From the NCBI GenBank assembly GCA_050084515.1, contig CM114271.1, positions 35,712,001 through 35,776,000 on the forward strand: a stretch of DNA of 64,000 nucleotides, in the 5' to 3' direction. Under the pieces are notes generated by a model, which did no database searches, was not told the origin of the DNA, and saw only the letters and a program-made list of their open reading frames with translations. Every line of letters begins with the position of its first letter. Position 1 is the first letter of the stretch. Of this stretch, positions 50,800 to 64,000 are shown one piece after another. The stretch comes from Blasia pusilla. Taxonomy: Eukaryota. A program made the position numbers and the translations under genes.

Positions 50800-52789
50800 A
50801 TAGTACTGATTGTGGTAGTCTTTTTTAGCTTTTAAAACAAAATCTTTCTTGTAGAATTTTTATGTGAGTTAGGATTATGAATTGGCCCAACTCTTATGGA
50901 AATATGTGATTCTTGATATGAATGAACATAGTGATTGTCGTATTACTTGTGTGACAATACTATCTCTCAAAAGAATTTAATGAATTTTTAAAAACTCGTA
51001 AGTAGACTTAAGCTCACAAACCCTTTCTACTATAAAATTGTAGCTTGAAGAGCCCTCTAAAAAAAGTCACACACAAGGAAATTGGATTTTAATCTCTTCA
51101 CTTTACATCCCACCTGTCCAAATCTTTTCCTAATTGTGTCCAAATCTTTTCCTAATTGCCTACAAATCCTTATTCGTAAGGCTTGCTTATGATCTATGCA
51201 TGACTTTTTAGTTGTCTACATTATCCAAGAATCAAAAGTCTTCTCCACAACAAGATTGTAAGACTTATCACACTAATATACATTGCTAATCAACATACAT
51301 CAGTTGTCATCATACACCTCTAAAATCCATCTATCTTACGAATCCTAGAACATGTAGACACACCCAATTAACATATTCTTTAAATATAAATTGTTTAGTT
51401 ATCATAGACATGATCTCACTCATGGATAAAGATGCTATGAAGGGTAATTTCTTCCAATGTTCTAGGACTTCGTATACTCACTCCCAATGTGGGCAAGCAA
51501 CAATTAACTTACACAGTGTACTCACATCAAAGAGATATGAAGTCAATCCACTTCAAATAGAAATATGTGTAATCCTTATATCATATTTAGACTACTTGTA
51601 ACAGAACAATATATACTAAATAACATTATTACAATGCATTATGGATGCCACTCTATAGCCATGATATTTAAAGATAGGCTCCCAAGTGAGCCTTCAGAAG
51701 GATATACTATCATGGTAGATGAGGCGTAGGGCGAGATAGTATCAAGGCCTTAGAGGGATCTTGTACTTCCCTATTTAATTTTGAGAGGTCATATGTGACT
51801 TGTTTTTAAGACGTGACCTACAAGAGTAGGTAACCCTTCCTTTTATGAGGAATGGCAACTTCAGAGAGGATGACCCTCCCATCCATGCGTGGAACCCCTT
51901 GGACCTATAGGGTCAAGGGTTAGTTTGTAGTTGGTCTCATGAGGGGACCATGTGTGTAGTTGTTAGGGAGTTAGTACTTAGTGTACTCGGGGTCATTAGT
52001 GACCTACTAGGGGGGAGATTACTTGGTGTGTATAGGTCATCCATAGGTGCCTAAGGGGGGTATACCTAGGATGAAGCTCATTCAAAGCTCATCTTCCTTA
52101 GGATCATACTTATGTTGGGATCTGTGATACTATGCAACTTGCATGTATTGAGTTTGGATTCTCTCTTGAAGAGTAGGCTTGGATTGATCGAAGATCACAC
52201 ATATATTGAGAGTCATTTTTATACTTTCTTCTACTGTTACAATAGTATGTATCTGATTCATTGATATGGATGTGTGGACAAAGCATGGTTGATTGCAGAT
52301 TTTATCCGTGTTTATAGTTCATATTAACTTTATCTTGGGGTTGTCTAGTCGTTCATTTGTAAATATGTTAGGATTCATAGTTATATGGATCTTAGACTTG
52401 TGTTCATAACAACTGATGGATGTTGGGAGCGATGTCTATTCGCATGACAACACCCCTTTCCATCTTGAACTTAAGCAACTCCATCCAATGGGCATGTCCA
52501 TTTCCTTGCAATCTTGCTTAAATCACATCACCAAGAAGAAGAATTTGGTGATGAGTGTAAAGAGCAATCTACTCTTCCACTACGTCGACATTTATACCCT
52601 AAATGGATAAAGAAACTCCTTGATGATAAGGATCTACTAGCAGTTGTTGCAGTATATGTAATTATTATAGATCCAAGGAGATACAAAAGTCTAGAAGACC
52701 TTAATAGACTTCTGCAAATCTTGGTGATATGGCCTTAATACATAACAAAGGTTTTGAAGATGGAAGACTCAACATGCTTGGATTATTTA

Positions 52790-53949
52790 GAAGCTCTCTC
52801 TGATTTTAATGTAGAAAGATGCCATGCAAATGGATATATACCCTATTCAAAAAAATCTAACTTGGACTTGGTTAAGAAGCCAAATGGATATATATGAAGA
52901 TAATTCCCACCAAGTGGGTATTTAAGATCAAGTACAAGTTGGAAAATACGTTGGATAAACTCATGACAAGAAAAGGTTGGTTGCACAAGGCTATTCATAG
53001 ATAAAAGGTTTTGATAACTATGAGACTTTTCAGCTTTTGTTCCTACTGCAAGGATGAGAGCTGTTCAATTTTTTCTAAATATAGAGGGAAAAGAATGTTG
53101 GTCTATATATATATAGAAATAAAAATATAATGATATGAAGTCAAAATCTATATTTCTAGCGAAATAGAAGTCTCAAAGAGGAGGTGTATATATCTCAACC
53201 ACAAGATTTTGAGACACATGGATTAGATTAGAAAGTATATCTCCTTCACCAAAGATATTTCTATGTAACACAAGACCAAACATCACATTTGTTGTTGGTA
53301 TATTGAGTAGGTTCTCATCTAAGCCTCATAAGGTCCATTGGAATATGAGATGTATGTGTTGAAGTACATCAAAGGCAGGTACTATCCACTACAATAATAA
53401 CCACGCAGTAGGGACAAATGTCACATGATTTTATGACTCGGATTGGATAGGAGAGTAACATTCATGGAAATCTATAAATTTCCTGATTATTACTTCTTGG
53501 TAGGATCAAGTGTAGTATCATAGATAAGCAAGAAGCAACTTAAAGTGACTCTTTCTTATACCGAGATAGAGTACAAGGTGGCTTCTTATGCTTCATGTGA
53601 AGCAATATTATTGAGATGGATATTGGAGGACATAGAAGAAGTGCCAAAAACTGCGACTAGAATGTGGTGTAACAATAAATTTTAAGTTGCATTGCCATCT
53701 AAAATAAGCTTTTTTTTTCATGCTCGTACTAACCGTATAGAGATACAATTTCATTTTGTTTGTGAGCTTAATTATAAGAGAGAGGTCTTGCAGTTAGTCT
53801 TTAATCCGATAGAGGATAACCATGCATAAATCTTCACCAAAACCTTGAGTGGGAATCAACTTCTACAAAAGCTAAAGGGTGTTAGCATTAGTCCAAGACA
53901 GTAGTCCATTAAAGAGGGGATATTGCAGGGGGTGTTGGATATTCAACAT
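52790..53949 (+). mobile_element. Decayed Ty1/copia RT-RNase H, polypurine tract and start of the 3' LTR
   Basis: KWVFKIKYK, RLVAQGYS*IKGFDNYETF, TRPNITFVVGILSRF, DSDW, SKKQLKVTLSYTEIEY, FHARTNRIEIQFHFV, IFTKTL; then GCAGGGGG followed by TGTTGG at 53933. Confidence 0.88.
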
Positions 53950-54699
53950 TGTTGTGCGCACACACATTGCTCCACAACATTCATCGTTGTCACCAAACAC
54001 ACACACAAACACAAACGATCCCATGCTAATTCATGGCATCCAAACACGAGACAAGAAGTACCAAAATATCTACAATTCAATCAAGATCCAATCTCTCTCA
54101 ACACCATAGCTCTCAAATGTGTGCATTCTCACATGTCTCTCTTAATGTAAAACCAAACCCTCTCTCTTAATGAGAGGCTTGGTTTACACACACAAGGCAA
54201 GCAAGACCATAGCTCAACGGCCTCTTGCAAAGAGGTTCAACAAAGAGAGAATGAGCTCTTAAGCCTCCCCTCGAGGTATACCCCTCCCCTCTCCCAAGCT
54301 CTCTCCATGGTAACCTATGCTCCCAAGTCATCTCCTTGGCTCTTGACCTAATATAGGAGGTCAAGGGACACTTCCCAAAATAGAAATTCAACCATATACT
54401 TAAAATGGTATCTACCAAAAATAGTAAGTTCCTCAATATGACTCCAAATGAACCGAAACAAAGGGGTTTCCCGGGGCCGCAATAGGTCATCATCGACCTT
54501 CTGAGCCTGTCCTCCACTACTTGCAAAGGCGCTCGACTAGATCTCACCGATCTATCCTAAAAGATGTGACAGTTGTCGTGCACATACATATCGCTATATA
54601 ACATACATCGTTGTCACCAAACTTACACACAAACACGCACAATCCCATGCTAACTTATGGCATCCAAACAACGAGACAAGAAGTACCAAAATATCTACA
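53950..54699 (-). repeat. 3' terminal a-b-a repeat block of copy 3
   Basis: a = 53950-54074, b = ~54075-54571, 2-bp spacer GT, a' = 54574-54699. In element orientation a' is preceded by CTAGGGGGGCGAT (54700-54712, polypurine-tract-like) and starts TGTAGATAT. Confidence 0.9.
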
Positions 54700-57600
54700 A
54701 TCGCCCCCCTAGAACTGGCGGGGTGGTTGGGTCCCTCCAACTCCAGATAGCCATCTATCCCTACCTACCATGACATACATCTCTCAAACGCTAAAAGCAA
54801 GAAGGTCCGGTGCTCATGTGGCCCCATCGTTAGTCGTCTTCTTGTCATCCATATTACAGACACAAGTCGGAATGTAGAACTACCTACGCTATGTACATCT
54901 CGGACACATCCATCATCCTTGAGGAACCCTAGTGAGAGGTGGCGTCAAACATGCCATATGCCATCCTCTCGAACATCCATCACACACTAGCATAGTGGCT
55001 GCACCGCGGGAAGAACCACACAACATACATCGCAAGCCTATAGGAACTACTACTAAGCTTGGATCAATTGTACTATCAATGTTCGGAAGGTGATAAGGCG
55101 CATAGTTACGCACATGGTCTTTTCAAACCATACCATTGCGTCCCTCCAATAAGAGAACCCTTGATGGCAAAATCTCACACACTCTCAAGATGGTGCGCCC
55201 TACAGTCATATCCAATGTCGTGGGTGCCGTCTGCTGCAAGTAGACATAGTCTCCTTGATGAAACCTCCGGATAATAGGTCGATAACCACCTCCCCTTATA
55301 GTCGCATACCTCAATGTATCTCAATGTTGCGCAATCGCCAAGTTCTCAAACACCATGGGCATCACTGTCCAAAACAATTCAGCCCTCTAAGAACATACTC
55401 GCATTCATACATCAAGGTCATCAAGGTTCAACATCTTACCAGCATTTGGACGAATTGCTGTAGGTAAATCTGGCTCTCGGCCATACAAAAGCAAGTACAG
55501 TGAGAAAGATGCTAAGGATTCATGCTTGCTGAATCTGTATCCCATCGCCAACCACGGCAACTAGAGGTCCCAATCTCCTAGGTGACCTCTCTGCAAGCCA
55601 TACTTGTATAGTCCTCTCTTCAATGTGTGCACAACCCGCTCCGCTAGTCCATCCGCTCAGGATGATCTCGCGAAGTAGTCTGGTGGTCGATTAGTGCTTG
55701 AAACTCCCTGCGGAACTCTGTACCTTGGTGTGTCAACACCTCAACTTGTGCGCCGTAATGACTCAGCACTCGATCTAGGAAGGCATACGCTACTCCCTCA
55801 ATCGCTTTGTTAGGCAATGCAACCAACTCTACCCACTTCGAGAAGTGCTGGACCGTCACCAACACAAAACGACTATGGCACTCCATCAAAGGTAAAGGTC
55901 CTACAAAATCCAAACTCCATCTATAACCTAAATCCATGATTGGAAGTGGATGCAACTATGGATTGCGAGCATTGAACGATGCCCCAACTCGATTACACAC
56001 CATGCATATGATAACAAGCTGTTGAACATCAGTCTGCATGCCTCGCCACCAATATTGAATCTGGAGCAAGATGTACGTTCGCTTCACTCCAAAATGACCC
56101 AACTCCTCGTGGGCATGACGCACCAAACGTGCTTTCTGCAAAGGATGAGGCACTATACGCACTCTACCATCCTCCCATACTCGTAACACATGTGTCCCCT
56201 CCCACCGAAACTATCTGGCTCGTTGTAGGATCCGATCCTGCTCTCTACCACCCACAATGCACGCGACGCTGCCATTACGCAAGTACTCCAAGACCACTGC
56301 ATCGTCGTGAATATCTCGGCCACTTGTCGTCTCCTCACCGGCCTCTGGATCTAGGACTCTCCATCAGACCTCGCCATCAAAGTCTCAAAAATTTGGCTCT
56401 CCATAGCCAACAAGCCCAAATAGGCTAACATGTGCCATCCAAGCACCAACTCCTCATCACTCTCACCATGCCAACAAGCTCCACTCGCATCTCGCAGACT
56501 CGAGCATGGGTTATAGCTCAAACCATCTACATCTTGGTTGAGCGTCCCAAGTTTATGCACTATCTGGAAGTCATACTCCTGCAATAAAAGAGCCCATCTC
56601 GCAAGCTTCCCTATTAGCTTGTTAGACTCCATCAACCACTTAAGTGGCCGATGATCAATAATGATGGTAAAGGGATTTTCGAATAGATAACATCTGAAAT
56701 ATGCAACAACCCACGCTGCAGCCAAGCACTCATTCTCATATGAGCTATACTTCGCCTTTGCAGCGTTGTTCAAGCGACTAGCTTAAGCCACCACGAACTC
56801 TCTACCATCATCTTCATGTTGGGTAAGCAAGACTCCAAGTCCCAACATGCTCCAATCAGTATGCAACTGGAAAGGACGCCCCCTTATTGGTCTCCTCAAT
56901 ATGAACGCAGACGTCAATCTATCCTTGAGGATCTAAAATACTCTCTCTTGTTCATCTCCCCAGTGCCACTCTTGATCCACCTTGGTCAGCAAGGTCAGCG
57001 GCTTCACAATTGAGCTGAAATCCTTGTAGGGCGTGGAATGCATGAAATAGCCTCCACCTTCATCTGCTGCACACCAAGGCCACCTGGGTATATCGTATGA
57101 CCCAAGTACTCAATCTAGTCGTAGAAGAACTTGCACTTGCCTGGATTTAGCTTCATGCTATGTAATTGCAATCATCAAAACACCTCCTCCAGATGTCGAT
57201 CATGCTCCTCAACCGTGACGCTGAAGACTATGATGTCATCAATATAACACCTAGCAAAATCCAGACCTGCCAAGATCCTATCCATCACCCTTTGAAACTC
57301 AGCCGGGGCGTTCTTTAACCCAAATGGTAAGAACCGCCACTAGTACAAGCAATCCTTCCCGTAAGGATCGATGCCCCAAAATGCCGTCTTCTGCCTGTCG
57401 GCACTTGATGGTATCCGGCTCAAAGATCTAACGAACTAAAGACCTTTGCATGCCCAATAGCATCAAAGATCTCCTCACGAGTGGGCATGGCATACCTATT
57501 GGACTTTGTCTGCCAATTGATAATTTGGTAATCTTCACACATCCGCCTATCCTTCCAGTTGCCATGTACATCCTTCTTGGCGGGCATGACAGTGGAAGAT

Positions 57601-58214
57601 GCATACTCTCCATGCAACATCTCTACTTGTCCTGCGCCAACCAAGTCTTGGCTCCTACTATGAATCAGAGCCCTTTCCATGTCACTATATCTATAAGGTC
57701 ATCGGAAGATCGGCGTGTCACTCGACAACTCAATGCGGATCCCTCGACCCTTCAGCGTACCCAAATCTTGTATACTAAATGCAAAACAGCTCCTATAACT
57801 CCTAAGGAACTAGTGTATCCGGTGCCGCTCTCCTCTTGTCAAATTAGGGCCCATATGTGGCTCCCAAGTCTCCATCGTGACTACGGTAGGACTCTCTGAT
57901 GCGGGTGTTAGTGGTTGTTATGGTGCAACCCCTTCTCGGACAACAAAACTCGACTGCTCCCCTGTAGTCAACTGCAAAATCGGATCACCATTTGCAGTAT
58001 CCAGAACCACACTCGATGTTGTGACTACCATCTCCCGACATACCTGCAAAACATCCAAAGAAGTCCAAGTTTGTCTCTCCCGATCACCCTTGGTATGTCA
58101 ATCTCCCCGGGTCTCGCCCCGAGCCACTGTCTCAACCGTCTCGGTAGTTATGGGGCTCACCAATCCAACTACTGTGATCTATTGCATCCTCCAATGATGT
58201 TGCTCATTTACTCC

Positions 58215-59170
58215 TAAGCTAAAAATCCATGTTAAGCAGTTCAGGTCCATCGCTTGACCCAAGACATGACGTCATGATGCCTCTGATAGTTACGGTACTG
58301 CCGTAACTCTTGTGGGGAATCCCATTGCTCGCTCTCGCATCGGTGTTGGGCTCCACCAACCTCTGTACTTGGTAATCCCAAACCAAGTGAGGTCCAGCTT
58401 CCTTGAATGCATAAGAAGCGGGAAAACGCACTAATGTGGGAAACGCTGCTCGTGGCATGCCAATCCTATTGACCATAGTCAACGGTCGTCGATCATCGTG
58501 CCTCATTGCCTATAATCGACGGCCCAATTCCAATATAGAATCCGCCGATAAATCGGAGGGAGGCTCCACTCTCACATAAGCCCTCCGCAACACCTCATGT
58601 GGCACTAATTAAGTTGGTCCACCAAAGACGCGGGCAATGTGCTCGTGAACCTATACTCGCCGCATCCAAAAAAATTGTCGGGCCAATCCATGCGCATACC
58701 TGATGTGCACTTGTCACCACACGGGACCTTGAATCGCCCAAAATTGGTACATTCTCTAGAATATATGGTGGAGGACGAGACTGATGATCTTGCAAGTGTC
58801 GCAAGATCCACATCATCTCCCAAAACAATCTGGACTGAGAGTCAGCTAATCCGCTACCCCGTCCAACACTGGATTGGCCCTGACATGGTAAACCAGCAAT
58901 GACCAAGTCAATGGTCCCTACCCGCTCCAAGTCTTGCGCCCCCGACAATGAAATGTCCCTTAGTAGGAAATTTTGGTAATTGTGAATGACGGACGCACAC
59001 AATAAATCGGGAAAACGGAGGCGTAAGTGCGCCACATAGTGAAGTGAAGCGCACCTCCCAACATCATCAATCTCCACAAACAGGTACTATTGCACGCACA
59101 CTCCAACGTGCAAAAGAGCAACTAACCTAGTATTAATCCCTCCAAAGAGCTCCAACACCCGAATATCCTT
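58215..59170 (-). pseudogene. DNMT3-like C5-cytosine methyltransferase domain (copy 3)
   Basis: DIRVLELFGGINT (motif I intact), YLFVEIDD, DISLSGAQDLERVGTIDLVIAGLPCQGQS, SRLFWEMM, YILENV, DAASIGSRAHCPRLWWTNL. Confidence 0.93.
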
Positions 59171-59286
59171 CTCTCGGATGCACCAGACAATCGGGGTGGT
59201 GTCCAAAGGGATCATAGTAGCACTCGTGCCTACTTGGGATTCCTCTGACTCCTCACAATCTGGTGCAAACGTCTTGCTCTAGGCGG

Positions 59287-61584
59287 TGTCATATAATAAA
59301 ATCAGCGAGTGTATAAACTCCTTCTTCATTAAGTGTTAGATAGAGTTTTATTAGTATTAAGTATATAGCTTAAAAAAAGAAAATTCTCATATTTATACCT
59401 CTTCATGGTGCCTCTTTTATGCGGGCCCAACTTTAGGAAAAGAGATAATAAATAAAAGATGACTTTATAAAAGTAAAGTAGTGAGGCTAGTGATTTAATG
59501 AAAAACAAAAGTAGTATTGGTTGGTGGCTAAGATAGTTGGGGTAATTTGAAAAATATCAAGTGGATAAAAGAGGATATTTTGGAAGAGATAAAAAGAAAT
59601 CTACTTGTATCAAAATATGGTTGGCTAAGCCTTGAGAGGAAGTCATGTGGCACAAGACAAGATTAGCTCTATTTCGTATCCTTGTGGATCCCTTGTAAGT
59701 ATATAAAAAGGAGGGATCTTCAAAGGTTCATCACCTTCTATTTCACATCTTGGGTCGCTCGTATGACTCTTGAGGGTATGGCTTTGGGATTGCTTGCTCT
59801 TCCAATGAGAGTGAATCATCCCTCTTGGGAGAGTAACTTGACCATGGTCTATTCTTCGAGAAGTTTCTAGAGTGTGGTGTGTGCGGAGATAAGAGGCTTG
59901 TCACCTTAGAAGAGTTTAGTCATAGTAAAATAGTGAATGTTTTGGCTTGTTATTTTCCCCATGAGAATGGATTAACCCTCTTGGGAGAATAATTCCGCCA
60001 AAGCCCATTCTTGAGGAGAGTAGAGAATTTCTGTCAAGCATGAATAAGGGTGGAGCATGAGTTGTGCACGATTTTCCTTTCCTCAATCCTTACCATGTAA
60101 AGGTACTGTTTGTAGATAGACACTGGTTCACTCGTTTTTTTAGTTTATCACTTTGGGGAGGCCTTCATGAACCAGGTCATACAATCTCCAACTCCGGTGA
60201 TTCTTCCTATCATCACATATGGAAGCACATGGGATTTTACTTTGTATGTCCTTATATAGCAATCCTGTCGCGACCCTCATAACCAAACAACACCAAATAG
60301 GCGCCAAGCAAAACATCAGAACTCAATTGAACTCATGTTGCGAGGTTTGCGCTTTGGAAAGGTCTCTTGGAAAAGTCCAAGAGATGAAACGCAGAACAAA
60401 GTTTTGCGTTTCATGCGTTAGTGGTCACGACCAAGAAAACTAGACCAAACGCGAACCAAGACTTCAGATGAGTTGAGTCTTGGGAGGTTGGTTTCCAAAG
60501 AGGTGAGAACCAATTTGGAACACAACTAGCGTTTGGGAGAATTTGACTGTTTTTCGGACCATAACGTTAAGCTCCAAGATGCATTTGGAACAAATAATAG
60601 GCGTTGGAAAGCTTATTTCAAGACACTTCCAACTCACTAAAGATCTCAACAAACGCATAATTACATGCTGAGATATTGGCCGAAAACGACTATGAGAACA
60701 ATCGGGTTGAGGGCCAATTGGAGAGGCCCGGGTGTCTTTCCCTAAATGTAGGGGGCCCACGGAGATCCCCAGAAGTACTAGTAAGGGAGGAGTCTCTCTG
60801 AGATGTCTCGGAACACGAATCCCCACTTTGGGCGCCAAACGGCATTTCAGAGGCACGGGATGGAACGGGAGTTTGGCGTTGGAACTCGAAACCCAAACCT
60901 GAACCAAGGGAGTGGACTTTGTACGCCACACTTGGATTCCAACTTGAGATTCACTTTGTGCGAGTCTTGGTGAGGAACTCATTGGATGTCCATTGGACAG
61001 TTGGAACCACAAGCGCAAAACGCCGTTTCTGGTTCATGAACCGACCAGAAAGTCTGTCCCAAGTCTTTCAAGACTTGCCCGTGTTGTAAACCGCGAAACT
61101 AGGAAGGTTGAGCTTGATGAGAGTCCAAGGCAAGAACTCATATAGTTAGCCCGCTGATTGATCCAAGACCCAACTAACCAGAGTGCGTGTTTGGATGCAG
61201 ATCAGTGTTGAGAGTGTGACCTACTGAACGCACGCTTCCGCAATAAACAAGATTAACGTTCAAGGACAATAGGCGCCTGACAGATCCATAGACGTCAATA
61301 GGCCTACTCAAGTAGGTTTTAACACTAGTTATGCTATCTTCCTCATTTACAAAAGTAAAGTAGTTTATAGGGATTTTATAGTTAGAGATTTTGGGGTTAG
61401 ATGTCACGAAGAAGTGATCGCCTTGACACTTCCATTTGTGATACCTATCGTGAGAGAATGGAGAGTATACATAATAATTTTGTATTGAGAAAGGAGAACT
61501 TCATAGAAAGTTCACCTTGCATTGACCATGTCTGCCACAGCTAGAAGGTCTGCCCTTACTCGAAGAAAGTCTCTCGACACGACA
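59287..61584. mobile_element. ~2.3-kb insertion (probable solo LTR of another family) nested in copy 3
   Basis: Starts TGTCAT and ends ACGACA. Removing it restores collinearity with copy 1 (..GCGG|TCT.CAC.TGCTC..). The flanks GCGG/ACGA may be a decayed TSD. Confidence 0.8.
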
Positions 61585-64000
61585 ACGATCTGCACATGCT
61601 CAGTGGTTAAGCGTTCAAGCTCCTCAATCGAGCCCCAAAGCGGCACCTCTCCTCCAAGGACTGATGCGGCTACCATGATACTCCTCTCCATAGAAATTTC
61701 AGGAACGGGAGTATCCTTTGCATACACATGTCCCTCAATCAAATCGTTAGGCCAAGTGATTGCGGTGCTAAATGCTGCTAAGGTCGCCATCTCCCCTAGC
61801 CGTCGCTCGATCACTAAACCTGTGAATCGAACAGGTAATGAGCTAAGGCGCCCATCATTTGATTGCTATCCTAGTCTGTAGGACGGTGACTCCTCCTAGT
61901 AATCCAAGGGAAACCCCATCGAGTATAACACTGCTCCACCAACCAAGACGTTGTAGGACTTTGCATCAGTCACTATTGCTTTGGCTCGCACCACGGACTC
62001 ATCTGTAGGATGTCCCGGGCGAATCCTCACCACAACCTCATATCGGGTGATATACTATGTGATACTTACTCCACCCAAGGATGTTTGTATCCGAAATCAA
62101 CAACGCTCTACATCGACTCTCATCAAGCCCAATCCTCTTACTAATGCTTTCCCCAACATCAGGGGTTGCGCTCATGAATCCAACAAGACGCGTTACGAAC
62201 TAAAAGCTCTACCTTGGGGACTCACCAAGTGGAAGACCTCACCCCGGCTATCCAGCAATACAACACCAAGAGAAGCCATGGCACGCTCTATCGCGGGTTT
62301 AACGGGCATCTCCTCCATCTTAGCAGCCGCAGCTTGCCATGAATATGACGTGGACGGCATGAGCATCCGTTCCAAGGGCAGGTCCATCACCTCCTGTGCA
62401 ATCACCTCTGAACGTGATGCAGGAACTCCAACTCCATGCTCACATAGCGTAGCGGCCAGTCGGAACACCTCCACAGCCGTACCTCCCAATGTCATAACAT
62501 CGGAAGCATAAAATAGCGGAGCACGGTACACCATCGTGGCCGCCCCCAACATCGTACTCGACACATCCTCCTTGTGAGCATCAGCAATCGGAGTCGTCGC
62601 ACTTGATTATCCCATTGCCCTCCGCGCCTTTGCGCCTCCACACCAATAACATCACCAACTCTTTGGGAACTCTGATCAAGATCCATCGATGGGGTCCTCA
62701 TTGCCTCCGACAACGTGAAAGATTGAGGAAGCCTGGTATATTTCTTGGCTTCTCCTTGCTGTGGATCCAACTCTCAAGCTGTTCCACGCGTCACAACTAT
62801 GGCACCCTCCATCTGGGCAACCCCGCACATCCAACCAGGATCCTCCATATCTCTGGTTGCTCCATATGATGTTCATGCCACGGATCCGGCATCGGGTAAC
62901 CTCAACGCCATAGCGGCAACCGCTCTTGTAGTCGCCAGATCGGAGACCATCCCCCTCACGCGGCGGCGTCTCCTCGACGCAGCGTCTAGGTGGTGGGACT
63001 CTACCTCCTCCACGGGTAGCTCCACCACCCTGTCGGGAAACTCGAGCTCCTTGTCCCCCAGCAAGACCACCCGGTGCACGACCTCTAGGCGCACTCGGAC
63101 CGGCTACTCGCTCTGGTGCCCTCTCTGGCCCTCGGTCCGGATGTAACTCAGGGTGTAAACTAAAACACCTGGCGCGTGTGTGACCATACCTCTAATAATA
63201 GTCATACTGATAACCTCTTGGTGGAGCACCATCTCCTCCTCCATGTTGAGGCACACGTCCATGACCCTGATGAGTGCAATCGTGCGGATGATGGGCTCCA
63301 CCACATAACCAACAAGTAATCGTAGGCCACTGCTGTTGAGCTGCATATGAAGGTGTAGGTCTCTGTGGCATGGCCTCCCCGTATCCTCCCTGAGCTCGGA
63401 GAGCCATAGTCAACCTATCTTGGAGTCCATGTTGCTACACTAATGGTGCAGGCAATCGTAACTGCTCTCGCCCAGAACCCATGGTGGCTACGTTCTCCTC
63501 TACCATGTTGCGCTCAATGTTCTTGATAGTCCTAAGAACATCTCTCAACCTAGGTGAGGTGTTCATAAGAAGTATCCCCTCTCGCACCCATGTTCGCAGA
63601 GTCCGATCCAACATCGCATACCATGATTGGATAGCCTGAGCCTTAGTCACCACTGAGTGACGTTGATCAACCGGCGCAAGCGAGTGTAAGCCTCACACAA
63701 ACTCTCACCTGGGCGCCTCTGGAAGTCGTGGATGCTCCGCAACTTCTCCGTTCGTATCCCCTGGTAGCTCGCCCTCAACTCAGCGAAGAACTCAACCACG
63801 GGGTTCAACCTGGGACGAACCCGACTGGAAAGTGCAACTGCTCCAATGCAAGTTACCCCTCTTAAAACATCACTGGTGGAAGAGGAAGTAGCCTCTCCTG
63901 ACTCCTCCTCCTCATCTGGGAACGGCTCCGTCCATGATACATAGTGTGGGTCATAGTAGAGTCGCCATGCCTCAATCTCTTGGGCATATCTATGGAAGAA

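Larger units (their letters stand above)
53950..64000 (-). mobile_element. DNMT3/PHD gypsy-type retrotransposon, copy 3 (5' end beyond the window; interrupted at 59287-61584)
   Basis: Same a-b-a 3' block and the same domains as copy 1: PHD-IN (54889-56190), RH/RT (~56500-57800, intact CYIDD), DNMT, PR (~61850-62200) and gag (~62900-64000). Confidence 0.93.

Noticed and set aside
60464-61018. 184-aa ORF
   Set aside because: It lies inside the probable solo LTR, has no recognisable domain, and is likely a chance ORF.

Overview
This is eukaryotic, transposon-rich DNA, most likely from a plant (GT-AG introns, CDT1/CYSTM genes, tRNA-iMet-primed chromovirus); a non-seed plant or streptophyte is my inference. 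The main system is a Ty3/gypsy-type retrotransposon family with three degenerate copies on the minus strand: full-length 32003-42443, a fragment at about 44204-46070, and 53950 to the window end. Its polyprotein order is gag - protease - DNMT3-like C5-cytosine methyltransferase - RT - RNase H - DDE integrase - PHD finger. Its ends are not a normal LTR pair but split direct repeats (b ... a-b-a), with no visible tRNA primer site. The only intact host genes I can support are two tiny, two-exon, Cys-rich cadmium-tolerance (CDT1/CYSTM) paralogues, which the ORF track misses. Also present are a young chromovirus (353-bp LTRs, GATAT target-site duplication (TSD)), a decayed CRE-like RLE non-LTR element, Helitron, MULE and Copia remnants, probable solo LTRs and small foldbacks. 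All assignments come from manual translation and motif recognition; no database search was run.
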